A stretch of 64,000 nucleotides of DNA from Savitreella phatthalungensis. Its lineage: Eukaryota. The stretch spans positions 310,001 through 374,000 of the forward strand of contig AP039692.1 of NCBI GenBank assembly GCA_051599415.1. Reading direction: 5' to 3'. Positions 1-9,850 of this stretch are shown piece by piece. The notes below the pieces were generated by a model, which did no database searches, was not told the DNA's origin, and saw nothing but the letters and a program-made list of their open reading frames with translations. Position 1 is the stretch's first letter. Every line of letters starts with the position of its first letter. The position numbers and the translations under genes were made by a program.

Positions 1-84
1 TTGCTGATAGAAAATCTGCTGGGTGAGAAGGAAAAGGTATCGTTCTTCGAGCCAGCGGTCTCTAAAGACCTGCGCTGAGCACAT

Positions 85-2592
85 ATGGTGCTGAAGCGCG
101 CTCGAGCGCCGGTCGACTTTGGCGAGGATGATGACTTCAGCGATACGCTTGCAGAGCCAGAATTCTTCTCTGATGCCGAGGATAATAATAGCGATGATGG
201 CGGTCTGATAGGCGGGAGAAAAGCATCCTCAAAGCTGCGCATCGCCAATAATACCGGTGCAAATCTGCCGCGCGATGCAGTCTCTAGCTTCTTCGGCAGG
301 CACGACTTCTCCAAGCTACTAAATCTGAAGCTAGACCATGCGGCAAGACCACTGTGGATCGATCCGGAAGACGGTCGCATCATCCTCGAGGCATTTTCGC
401 CACTTGCAGAGCAAGCGCAAGACTTCCTGATCGCTATTGCCGAGCCCACAAGTAGACCGACGCACGTGCACGAGTACAAGCTCACTCCGTCTTCTCTATT
501 TGCCTCTGTATCTGTCGGTCTAGAACCATCGGATATCATCGCCGTCCTCGATCGGTTGTCGAAGACGCCAGTTCCAGAGGCGATCAAGTCGTTCATTGAG
601 AATGCAACGATGTCGTATGGTAAAGTCCGGCTGGTCCTCCAGCAGAACAGGTACTTTCTCGAGAGCAATTACGCAGACGTTCTCCAGATGCTTCTGCGGG
701 ATGAGGTGATTGGACCGCTCAGAGTAATTCCTCAAGATCAGGAGGAAGGTGGTGCAGGCAGCGGCGATCTCATTATCGGCAAAGCTGCAAGGCGCGAGGG
801 TCTCGTCATTCCAGGCACGTCCGCCGCCAAAAAGGACGCTACATCACTCTCAAAAGGTACAGCTGTCCCCGGGGCGAAAGACGGTAACGCTGACACCGAC
901 AAGCCCACATCGACGGATGACCTCTTTACTGCCATCGTCGGCATCGACAAGGCCGACGAGGAGGACGAAGATCCTGATGCCGTCCACTCTTTTGAGATCG
1001 CCCCAGAGTCCTACGAGGTTGTGAAGAAGCGATGCCAGGACCTCGAATACCCATGTCTGGAGGAGTACGATTTCCGACGTGACAAGGCGAACCCTGATCT
1101 CGAGATTGATCTAAAACCGTCCACCCAGATCAGACCATACCAGGAGAAATCTCTGAGCAAGATGTTTGGCAACGGGCGCGCGAGATCAGGCATCATCGTG
1201 CTCCCGTGCGGTGCCGGTAAGACGCTTGTCGGTATCACGGCCGCGTGCACGATCAAAAAATCTGTGCTGGTATTGGCGACATCGAGTGTATCGGTGATGC
1301 AGTGGCGACAGCAATTCCTCCAGTGGTCCAACATCAAGGCCGACTCGATCGCCGTCTTCACCAGTGACCACAAGGAGAAGTTCCGTGGAGACGCAGGTAT
1401 CGTGGTCAGCACGTACTCTATGGTCGCCAACACACGCAACAGATCCTACGACTCGCAGAAGATGATGGACTTTCTGCAAGAGCGCGAGTGGGGGTTCCTG
1501 CTCCTGGATGAGGTCCACGTCGTCCCTGCAGCGATGTTCCGTAAAGTGATTATGACTGTGGCGTCACATGCGAAACTGGGCTTGACGGCAACGCTAGTGC
1601 GAGAGGACGACAAGATTGACGACCTCAACTTCTTGATCGGACCGAAGTTGTACGAGGCGAACTGGATGGATCTTGCGCAGAAGGGTCACATCGCAAACGT
1701 GCAGTGCGCCGAGGTGTGGTGTCCGATGACGACAGAGTTCTACCAAGAATACCTGCGCGAGAAGTCGCGGAAGCGGATGCTCCTGTATGTCATGAACCCA
1801 AACAAGTTCCAGGCGTGCCAGTTCCTGATCGACTACCACGAAAAGCGCGGGGACAAGATCATCGTCTTCTCCGACAACGTGTACGCACTCCGGCAGTACG
1901 CGATGAAGCTGAAAAAGTACTATATTTACGGCGGAACGTCCCAGGTCGAGCGGATGCAGATCCTCGAACACTTCCAGTACAACGACAACGTCTCGACCAT
2001 CTTCCTCTCCAAGGTTGGCGACACCTCACTCGATCTACCGGAAGCCACCTGTCTAATCCAGATCTCGTCGCACTACGGATCTCGACGGCAGGAAGCGCAA
2101 CGCCTTGGTCGCATTCTCCGAGCGAAGCGCCGTAACGACGAGGGATTCAACGCATTCTTCTACTCGCTCGTGTCGAAGGACACGCAGGAGATGTTCTACT
2201 CGACAAAGCGGCAGGCCTTCCTAGTGGATCAGGGTTACGCATTCAAAGTGATCACGAATCTGAAGGGCATCGATACCCTGCCGAACCTCGCATTCCAGAC
2301 ACAGCAGGAGCGTAACGAGCTTCTCCAGGAGGTTCTCCTGCAGAATGAGGACGCTGCGGATATTGCCGAAGCTGGTGACAACATCACAGGTAACAGGAGA
2401 GCCATCACCTCAGGCTCCGGGTCCGGCTCGTCTTCAGGCCCACCGAAGGCCAAGCGGTCAACAGCTACCTTGAGCTCGCTCGCAGGTGGCGACACGATGA
2501 GTTACGTGGAGGTCGAGCGAGCGAAGAACAAGGGACTTCGTGGTGAGAACAAGGGAAAGAAATTGATGGACAAGTTGAAAAAGATGCGATAA
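85..2592 (+). CDS. SSL2: TFIIH 3'-5' helicase/translocase XPB (Ssl2/Rad25/Ptr8)
   Basis: 835-aa ORF with Walker [13 protein letters not shown] box, RED motif (LVREDDKI), [10 protein letters not shown] and the XPB N-terminal domain ([17 protein letters not shown]). Confidence 0.97.
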   Translation: MVLKRARAPVDFGEDDDFSDTLAEPEFFSDAEDNNSDDGGLIGGRKASSKLRIANNTGANLPRDAVSSFFGRHDFSKLLNLKLDHAARPLWIDPEDGRIILEAFSPLAEQAQDFLIAIAEPTSRPTHVHEYKLTPSSLFASVSVGLEPSDIIAVLDRLSKTPVPEAIKSFIENATMSYGKVRLVLQQNRYFLESNYADVLQMLLRDEVIGPLRVIPQDQEEGGAGSGDLIIGKAARREGLVIPGTSAAKKDATSLSKGTAVPGAKDGNADTDKPTSTDDLFTAIVGIDKADEEDEDPDAVHSFEIAPESYEVVKKRCQDLEYPCLEEYDFRRDKANPDLEIDLKPSTQIRPYQEKSLSKMFGNGRARSGIIVLPCGAGKTLVGITAACTIKKSVLVLATSSVSVMQWRQQFLQWSNIKADSIAVFTSDHKEKFRGDAGIVVSTYSMVANTRNRSYDSQKMMDFLQEREWGFLLLDEVHVVPAAMFRKVIMTVASHAKLGLTATLVREDDKIDDLNFLIGPKLYEANWMDLAQKGHIANVQCAEVWCPMTTEFYQEYLREKSRKRMLLYVMNPNKFQACQFLIDYHEKRGDKIIVFSDNVYALRQYAMKLKKYYIYGGTSQVERMQILEHFQYNDNVSTIFLSKVGDTSLDLPEATCLIQISSHYGSRRQEAQRLGRILRAKRRNDEGFNAFFYSLVSKDTQEMFYSTKRQAFLVDQGYAFKVITNLKGIDTLPNLAFQTQQERNELLQEVLLQNEDAADIAEAGDNITGNRRAITSGSGSGSSSGPPKAKRSTATLSSLAGGDTMSYVEVERAKNKGLRGENKGKKLMDKLKKMR

Positions 2593-2631
2593 AAGTTAGA
2601 AAATAAGTGGAATCCTCCTTAATCATGACGA

Positions 2632-3345
2632 TCAACCTTCATCCTCATCACTAGACTCGATTGGTAAACTGCCACGTCGTAGCGCCATCGCCGCTCCACC
2701 ATAATGCTGTTTCCGAAGCTCCTCAAACCGCCTGTGTTTCTCTGCCTCTGTTTCGGGATCGGATCCGCCATCATCCTCGTGATGGACATTATTGTGATTG
2801 TGAGTGCTTGAATCGTCCGCATTACGAGCGGTAGCCCTTGCAGCTGCCGCCTCGGTATCATCATCTGCAAGCGATACCTTCCTCCTCAACTTACTCCCAC
2901 TTCCCATCGACATCACCCCACCACCACCACCACCAACCTCACCCTCAGCACTGCCCAACTCGAGCGCCGGAATCTCACCCACACCATCCAAATCCATCAT
3001 CTCCTCACCACCGTCACCCACACCCTCATCGCCCTCACCGCTATCGACATCGGTCGATGGGTCGTACTTGGGGGCGTAGGGGGTCTTTGGTTCGGTGATC
3101 TTCATTGTGGATGAGCGTTCTTGCTCTGTCAGGTATAGATTGGCTTCGTCCCACTTGAGCCGGAGTGGGTCGGCGTCGGTGGTAGGCGTGGTGGAGGACG
3201 TAGGCGCGGAAGCAGCGTCATTCAAAAGCGGGTGAGCATTCTGCAGCGTGTGAGCCTCAGTCGAACCGTACGGATCAGCAGGCGTGTGCTCGTCCCGATT
3301 CTTCAATATAGATCGAGGTTTGAAGTCTGGAGACGTCGAAGACAT
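2632..3345 (-). CDS. GLC8: Protein phosphatase 1 inhibitor-2 family (Glc8/IPP-2)
   Basis: SILK motif (KPRSILKN), LKWDEANLYLTEQ, MKITEPKTPY and FEELRKQHY are I-2 hallmarks. First ATG is at 3345; the track start at 3387 is TTG. Confidence 0.9.
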   Translation of the reverse strand: MSSTSPDFKPRSILKNRDEHTPADPYGSTEAHTLQNAHPLLNDAASAPTSSTTPTTDADPLRLKWDEANLYLTEQERSSTMKITEPKTPYAPKYDPSTDVDSGEGDEGVGDGGEEMMDLDGVGEIPALELGSAEGEVGGGGGGVMSMGSGSKLRRKVSLADDDTEAAAARATARNADDSSTHNHNNVHHEDDGGSDPETEAEKHRRFEELRKQHYGGAAMALRRGSLPIESSDEDEG

Positions 3346-3830
3346 GGGCAGGGTGGTATGCGAACAGGGAAAAAGCAGCTTGCGCAAGCTGTTGTAGTTG
3401 GAGAGAGGAGGTTGTTGTTGTCTTGGATGGGTCGAGTTGATCAGGTGGCGGAGGAGCTGATGTTGACTTTAGGAGGTTTACTGATACTGTGGATAGGTGG
3501 AGGTGGAGGTGGTGGGGGGGATGGATGCGAGCTACGTCACAAACAACAGCTAAACTCGAGATGCACGAATGCACGATAACATTGTGATCTGAATCAGATG
3601 CACAACCAAAAGAAAAAGCTTCATCACAAAATCGCCGAGTCTCAAATTTCTACTTTAGCAGGGCTCTGGATTTTGTAGTCACGAAAGTCTCCATGCGTGG
3701 ATGGAGGTGAAGGTGAACACGGGACGAAAAGGGCGGCACAAGTCAGAGGATGTGGATGATGACACAATGATAAGAGAAATTGATATCTATGTACAACGAT
3801 AAAGGCCAGTGGGGCGTGAAATGATTTGAC

Positions 3831-4218
3831 TTAGGCTGATCCTGTTGTCGTTGTCGTCACTCCTGCGCTTGTTCCTGCTGTTGCTGACGATGCAGGGTCC
3901 TGATTGTCGCCCAGGGCTACAACATCATGGAAACTTCTCCAGAGTGTACTGACGCTCTCAAACTCCTTTCCTACTGCCAGAACAGATTCAAGGTTTCGAT
4001 TGAGCTGGTTCATGTTTGTGATGAGTTGCTCCATGATCTAAAATTCAATCAAAACGGACATGTCAGTGGTGTTCGTCTAGTGAACCCTTGGTTGTGCCTC
4101 GGGGGAAACTGTAACAGGATCGAGATTCGGGGCGGAAATCACTTACCTGTCCTACTTGGGAAATCAACTGAGCGCGTTGTCTCTCAAATGGTGATTGTTC
4201 TTCGGTCTGTTGATCCAT
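3831..4218 (-). CDS. DAD1: DASH/Dam1 complex subunit Dad1; exons 4218-4147 and 4037-3831
   Basis: Removing intron 4146-4038 (GTAAGT..CTGAC..TAG) gives MDQQTEEQSPFERQRAQLISQVGQ|IMEQLITNMNQLNRNLESVLAVGKEFESVSTLWRSF, which matches the Dad1 signature. Confidence 0.9.
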
Positions 4219-4276
4219 GCTAGTTGACTCCCTCTCGTGGTTGGAATCGTGTAGACCTATGAGTGCTGCTGCTGCT

Positions 4277-4470
4277 ACTGAAGCTGAAGCTGAAGCTGAA
4301 GCTGTTGATGAGTCCTTTCACTGTGACCTGTTATGCGGGTGCGCGTGTTTGTATGCATGCGTGCGTGCGTGTATTAGCGCGTCTATGTTCTCGTGTGTTG
4401 ATGAAATTGATTGATTGATTCGATCGATTGATTGTATCGATCGGTTGATTGTATTGATCGATTGATCGAT
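4277..4470. repeat. Simple repeats: (CTGAAG)n at ~4277-4303 and a GATT/GATC-rich tract at ~4408-4470
   Basis: Seen directly in the sequence upstream of DAD1. Confidence 0.8.
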
Positions 4471-4708
4471 GGATGCATGGATGGATACAGTGTAAGTATG
4501 AGCGCTGTTTCCCTTTGCGTGTCAATGCACGGATTCACTCGATGACTTATTGAATCGTCAGGCAAGAATATTCGAGCGTGCACCGAATTCCCATGTAACA
4601 CCATACGCACATATGTCCACATGCACAAGTTTCCTCCATCCACTATATACACTAGACACACAATATCACGGGAATTCAACAGAATTCATAGAAACCCTTT
4701 CGAATTCG

Positions 4709-5010
4709 AAACCCAGACTTTTCGCATACAAAACCCAGACTTTACACTATAGGCAAGAATTATACCCATACTAAACCTAGACTAAACCCAGAAAAATCAC
4801 AGACTTTGTTTCATACCCAGACAAAACCCATACTCAATGTGAGGCAAAAGGCACGTGGGCACTCAACCCCAGACATACCTCAGATCAACCCCAGACAACA
4901 CGCCAGATTGACAGGTCTCAAGATGGAACCCATACTATACCCAGACCTACCGCAGACATACCCCACACTCACCGCAGATTCTGTAATCTAACTCAGACTA
5001 ACCCCAGACT
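4709..5010 (+). repeat. Left array of degenerate 11-bp units (consensus ~AAACCCAGACT / ATACCCATACT), about 18 copies
   Basis: C(C/G/T/A)CA(G/T)AC cores recur, often with 11-nt spacing (e.g. 4868, 4879, 4890; 4929, 4940, 4951, 4962, 4973; 4992, 5003). Confidence 0.85.
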
Positions 5011-5113
5011 AAGACACACTGAGATGGCTAAGTCAGAAATATTCTGAAACGGCTAAGTCAGAAATTGTCAAAGTCATTGAATGTTCAGGCTGCGCTGCAG
5101 TCCTAGACTGGCT

Positions 5114-5830
5114 TATATAAACTTGTCGCACACTATGTTTCACATAGACAGTATGACACCTATTCACAGAGCATTCAGTTCAACTTGGCAATCTACATCC
5201 AATGGTAATCTGTTTCACGTCATCTCGCATGGCCTGTCAAACTGAGACTGACCAAAATCTATCTGCAACATTTGCAATTGCTCTTCTATTTCTGCGCTGA
5301 TACTGTCTCAAGTTCTTCAACAAGGTCAATCTATGACACAGTGTTGTCTGCACCCAACTGTGAGTCCAATCTATCCATCCCTGTACACTACTGCTGACAC
5401 GCGCTTGCTTCCAGACGTTGTCAACCTGAAACGCACACAAAAACCTCCATCAACCTGACACAGAAAGTGTAAGTCTCTAAATCCTTTCAATCTGCAGCGC
5501 TGACACTGCCTCAGGTTCAATGTATTGGCCATCAAGCGGAAACACGCGACATACATGTGCAATCTACCCACAACAAACCTTGTAAGCTCATTCACTGTGT
5601 CAATCTGCAGCACTAATACCTTTCAGTAACGTCAGTCAGACTCAATCTATCTGAAACGAGCTTTCTATCTGCTGTGAGTAACCTCTCTTCTCATTCCACC
5701 TTACTGACAGTGTCTAGGCAGTTCGCTTTGAGTCATCAAGTCGTCATCTGTCAGAGCTGTCAACAACAATCTATGCGGAACAGACTGTATCTATCTATGC
5801 GGAACGACCTCATCAATCTCACGCACATGA
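5114..5830 (+). other. Putative multi-intron transcription unit without an intact ORF (spliced ncRNA or pseudogene)
   Basis: TATATAAA at 5114-5121. Canonical introns 5360-5414, 5469-5514, 5582-5626 and 5674-5717, each GTRAG(T/C)..CTRAY..YAG. A possible further intron ends at 5312. Confidence 0.55.
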
Positions 5831-6110
5831 CCACAGACTTTACCCAGAGTATACCCAGACTAGCCCCACATAGAGTTTATCCGAAACACCCCAGACATAC
5901 CTCAGACTGAAACTTGCACGTGGAAAATCTGCCTCAGACAAACCTTTGGAAACCTGGAAACCGCAGACTTTCCGGCCCCGCAAATTCACACCCCAGACTA
6001 AACCCAGTCAAACCGCGGTCACCAAAATCGCATACTAAACCCATACTAATCACATACTATACCCATACTAGAAAAACCCAGACTAAACCCAGACTAAAAG
6101 TCTGGGGTTC
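5830..6110 (+). repeat. Right array of the same degenerate 11-bp unit, about 15 copies, ending in a hairpin
   Basis: Cores at 5832, 5843, 5854, 5890, 5901, 5992, 6003, 6029, 6040, 6051, 6062, 6077, 6088. The terminal AACCCAGACT-AAA-AGTCTGGGGTT can fold back. Confidence 0.85.
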
Positions 6111-6820
6111 AAATTCTAATGGGAAAGGGAAATTGATTTCGATCGAGGTTCATCATAAATGTGACTTGCATAATTCAATGGCTAGCTGAGCTGAGCTATG
6201 AATGCAGGGAATTTTCAAATTGATCTGAGTTGAGTGTATCTATGTGTGATTGATCGATTGATTGACGCGTGCCTAGAAATCTGAATCTTAGACATGTTCC
6301 TCTTCTAAAATTTTCTTCCTTTCCAGAAGAACAAATTTGAACTAAATTGATATAAATTTATTCCATCATTTATCATGCATCATTATCATCATCATCATGC
6401 ATGCATACATTATATGAAAAACCATCTGCAATAGTTCTATCAAAGCTAAGCCAGCACATAGATGAACACTCCAACCACTACTATCCTCACTACTATCACT
6501 CTCACCTCTGTAGCACACCACCAAACCACACATACTCCAGCGTCACATTGCACACGACCTATCTTCCCATTCACCCACCCATCCCTCCTGACCGTCCATC
6601 CACAACCACAATCACACATCCTTCTTGGCCCTCCATACAGAATCCCAAACTCTCCGCGCATTCATCAGTCAAGAGTCCAATTTTCAACTCAGACTCTTTC
6701 CAAGTCAATACCCATCCACACACCTTCCCTCCCCTTAAAAAGTCTATACATCGTCATACCTCCATAACTTTTACTCCAGACTTCCAATCGGCCTTTTCAC
6801 ATCCTCAAGCGTCCCGTCCC

Positions 6821-6859
6821 ATGTGCCTCGTCGTCGTTGTCGCCGTCGGAGACAGATAA
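6821..6859 (+). promoter_or_regulatory. Upstream ORF (MCLVVVVAVGDR*) in the SPE2 5' leader
   Basis: ATG at 6821 and TAA at 6857-6859, 151 nt before the SPE2 ATG. It is the only ATG in the ~540 nt before the CDS. AdoMetDC mRNAs of mammals and plants are uORF-regulated. Confidence 0.5.
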
Positions 6860-7010
6860 CGATCGTGCGCGAAGGGAATTCGCACTCGCTAGCTCACATA
6901 CACACATTCACCACACAAACGCTTCCTACCCTCAATCTTCAGGGCCGAAAGCTCGGAAGCTTGACTAGTCCATTCGTTGAACCAGACTACTCCTCCTGAC
7001 CCCTTTGACC

Positions 7011-8408
7011 ATGGAGGCACCGACGACAAAGGAGATCGTCGCAGACTGGTCGCAGACAGGCTTTGAAGGACCTGAGAAACTTCTCGAGGTCTGGTTCGCC
7101 AAGTCGACCGACCGACTCCCTGCAGGGTCCAATCCACGTGGACTCAAATGCGTCCCCAGAAACGTCTGGGAGACAATGCTAGACCTGGTTCAGTGCAAGG
7201 TACTGTCCGTCATCAGCTCACCCCACGTCGATGCCTACCTGCTCTCCGAATCGTCCATGTTTGTCTTTGCTCACAAGATCATCCTCAAGACATGCGGCAC
7301 CACCACCCTCCTCGCAGGCCTACAGAGACTATTTGAGATTGCAGCCGAACACGCAGGCTTCCCTGCAGGCGCCAAGCCCTGGCGCATCTTCTACTCTCGC
7401 AAGAACTACATGTTTCCAGATGCACAAAAAGCACCACACAAGACCTGGAACGACGAAATGACCTTCCTCGACAAGTTCTTCGACAATGGAACAGCGTACC
7501 AGATTGGCCCCATGAACGGCGACCACTGGTTCCTCTACATGTACACGCGGCCCCGACTCGCACGCCGCCATCGCACCAACGAGTCCTCCTCAGACAGCGG
7601 TCTCGATGGTGACATGTCGCTCGAGTCCAGTATCGCTTCTCTCGACTCTTTCGCTCCCGCTGGCGAGGGCGCAGACGGTGCGCCACTCGAGGACGATGCC
7701 GATTTTGAGGACGAGACCGTTGAGGTCCTGATGACAGAGTTGTCCGAAGACAAGTGCCGCGTTTTCTACAAGGACACTTACTCGCCAGAGACCGTCACAG
7801 GCCACTCGAATGGTCCGATGCAGAACCCCTCTGCGGAAGTCGACCTCACAAAGTCAGAGGGCCATCTTTGGGGAATCGCAGCAGCGCGCAAGTCTGGTCT
7901 CGAGCAACTGTGCTGCGAGCAGGACATCCGACCCGTCCACTTTGCCAATGGTCGTCGCCCATCCAGTACCTCCGCACTCGACCCTGGGGCTTCGTCCCTG
8001 GACAGTAATGCGACAGTGCGCATTGGCGGCGGTGGACGCCGCGAGAGTGCGCCTGGTCCGGCGACCATGGATTCTTTCCTCTTCGACCCTCTCGGGTACA
8101 GCGGCAACTGTGTTCGCGGCCACCACTACGCCACCATTCACGTCACGCCCGAGCAAGAGTGCAGCTACGCCTCCTTCGAGAGCAACTTCCCCAACGCACA
8201 CGCCCGTCTGCCACAGATCCTAGACGCGTTCGGACCAGGCAAATTCACAGTCACTCGATTCGCCTCACGCCGGGGAATCTCCTGGGGACAAGGTCATGAC
8301 CAGTACGCTTCGTCAAAGAGACTGCCTGGGTACGTGCGTGAGGACAGAATTCATTACGAGCTGGACGGCTACATTCTAGAGTTTGAGAATTGGCGTCGTC
8401 GATTCTAG
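7011..8408 (+). CDS. SPE2: S-adenosylmethionine decarboxylase proenzyme
   Basis: FEGPEKLLEVWF, self-cleavage site YLLSE/SSMFV, ILKTCGTT and TIHVTPEQECSYASFE. ATG at 7011. Confidence 0.97.
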   Translation: MEAPTTKEIVADWSQTGFEGPEKLLEVWFAKSTDRLPAGSNPRGLKCVPRNVWETMLDLVQCKVLSVISSPHVDAYLLSESSMFVFAHKIILKTCGTTTLLAGLQRLFEIAAEHAGFPAGAKPWRIFYSRKNYMFPDAQKAPHKTWNDEMTFLDKFFDNGTAYQIGPMNGDHWFLYMYTRPRLARRHRTNESSSDSGLDGDMSLESSIASLDSFAPAGEGADGAPLEDDADFEDETVEVLMTELSEDKCRVFYKDTYSPETVTGHSNGPMQNPSAEVDLTKSEGHLWGIAAARKSGLEQLCCEQDIRPVHFANGRRPSSTSALDPGASSLDSNATVRIGGGGRRESAPGPATMDSFLFDPLGYSGNCVRGHHYATIHVTPEQECSYASFESNFPNAHARLPQILDAFGPGKFTVTRFASRRGISWGQGHDQYASSKRLPGYVREDRIHYELDGYILEFENWRRRF

Positions 8409-8458
8409 AGCGGTGGTGACAATCCCTTTTTTCATCATGTTTGTAGATATGCTATTCT

Positions 8459-9850
8459 TCATTTCTCACATCGCCAGACAAACACCTTGCGGTCGAACCC
8501 TCCACTGACCATCACTTCCTCCTCCTCACCATTCTCGCCCACCGCCACCATCCCTGACCAGAGTGTCCTGACGGCGTTCGCGTGAGCGCCTTGAAGGACA
8601 GCAACAACACCCCCAAGCCCTTCTCCCTCGCCCTCCCTCATCGAGCTCCTCCCTGCCGTCGCCATCTCCGCTTCGTCAACGTCAGATCGCCTCAATGCCA
8701 GCCCGAATATGCGGCCGTCGTCACTATTACACCAAACGCCCGAGCCATCAGGCCGCCAGACGTGGATCGGTGGTACGCCGAGGGGTGTCTGTAGAGCGTC
8801 ATGTCGAATCGTCTGCCTCAACTTGCCTTCCCCTCGGGACCGACCGAGCTGTGCAAACCTATCCTCGAGCTCGTCACCCTCCGGCACAGGCACCCGGCCA
8901 TCGACAACGAGAAACCTTCCACCAGGCGACGTCCCTGCACTCACGCCCATCAAAACCCGGCCACCGACCTCGGAAACCGTCAGATCTGCGGCATCGAATG
9001 ACACCCAGTCGTCGCCATTGGCGTTGAGGTTGTGAGGGTTGTCGGTGTGTGGGTGGAGTGTTGGTAAGGTGTACCTGTGGATGTAGTTGGATCGCTTTCT
9101 GGTGAGTGCGAGGTCCTGGCCGACGAAGGCGATTGCATCTGGGTGCGTGGGTACCTCGATCGTGCCGAGGTGGTCAAACACGGGGTTGGGTGCGGCCGCG
9201 GACACGCGGTACACGTGGACGTGCTTGTCGTAGCCTGCGGTGGCGAGGAAGTGTCCGGTGGGGTGGACCGCAATCCGATGAGCGTACCGCGAGTGCGAGC
9301 GCAGCTCGCCGACCACCGCCCCGGAAACCATCGACATACACCGAACCATCCCATCCATACCACCACTCACAACAAACTCACCACCACCAACCACCGCCAC
9401 AGCAACCACACCAGACCCATGAGGGCGCCCAAAGTCCACAACCATGCGTCCATCCCTCATATCAAACCCACGCACACACCGATCCCCAGTACACACCACC
9501 ACCACAGGACGTCCGTTGACCTGGGCGACGGTGAGTGCGAGGACGTTGGCGGTGATGGCTTGGGGTGCGAGTGGTGTTGGGCTTGCTGGTGCTGTGTTGG
9601 TGTTCCAGACTGGTACGACGTCAAGATCTGTGTGTATGGTGGTGGTGGTGATGGGTGGTTTGCGTCGGTGGGAGAGGATGTTGTCGAGGGTGATGGGGAT
9701 CCCATCGTCGTCGACCGGAACGTCCCCATCCAACCCCATCGCTCCAGCACCCACACCCACCTCGTCCAGAAACACCTCCAGCGCACCCAAATACCCGTGG
9801 TCCAGCAAATACCGAGCTACCAATCGACCAGGATCATCCGATGGCACCAT
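8459..9850 (-). CDS. LisH-motif + WD40-repeat protein
   Basis: N-terminal LVARYLLDHGYLGALEVF (LisH-like). WD-type repeats VVSGGMDGMVR, LATAGYDKHVHVY and MVSGGFDRKVFVW. First in-frame ATG at 9850. Confidence 0.8.
   Translation of the reverse strand: MVPSDDPGRLVARYLLDHGYLGALEVFLDEVGVGAGAMGLDGDVPVDDDGIPITLDNILSHRRKPPITTTTIHTDLDVVPVWNTNTAPASPTPLAPQAITANVLALTVAQVNGRPVVVVCTGDRCVRGFDMRDGRMVVDFGRPHGSGVVAVAVVGGGEFVVSGGMDGMVRCMSMVSGAVVGELRSHSRYAHRIAVHPTGHFLATAGYDKHVHVYRVSAAAPNPVFDHLGTIEVPTHPDAIAFVGQDLALTRKRSNYIHRYTLPTLHPHTDNPHNLNANGDDWVSFDAADLTVSEVGGRVLMGVSAGTSPGGRFLVVDGRVPVPEGDELEDRFAQLGRSRGEGKLRQTIRHDALQTPLGVPPIHVWRPDGSGVWCNSDDGRIFGLALRRSDVDEAEMATAGRSSMREGEGEGLGGVVAVLQGAHANAVRTLWSGMVAVGENGEEEEVMVSGGFDRKVFVWRCEK

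Larger units (their letters stand above)
4694..6129. mobile_element. Putative non-autonomous DNA element (MITE/HINE-like) with 11-bp subterminal repeat arrays and imperfect inverted termini
   Basis: Left GAATTCGAAACCCAGACTTTT (4702-4722) is the inverted match of right AAAAGTCTGGGGTTCAAATTC (6096-6116) at 19/21. It extends to CCCTTTC (4695-4701) / GAAAGGG (6123-6129). No transposase and no clear TSD. Confidence 0.45.

Noticed and set aside
4709..6110. 11-bp arrays as a CRISPR array or telomeric repeats
   Set aside because: Units are short, degenerate and mostly adjacent with no unique spacers, and the context is eukaryotic. They are interstitial and are not TTAGGG. The resemblance to budding-yeast TCTGGG/Rap1 sites is unsupported.
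6105..6116. GGTTCAAATTC as a tRNA T-loop / Pol III B-box
   Set aside because: It mismatches the GWTCRANNC consensus, and there is no cloverleaf or A-box upstream.
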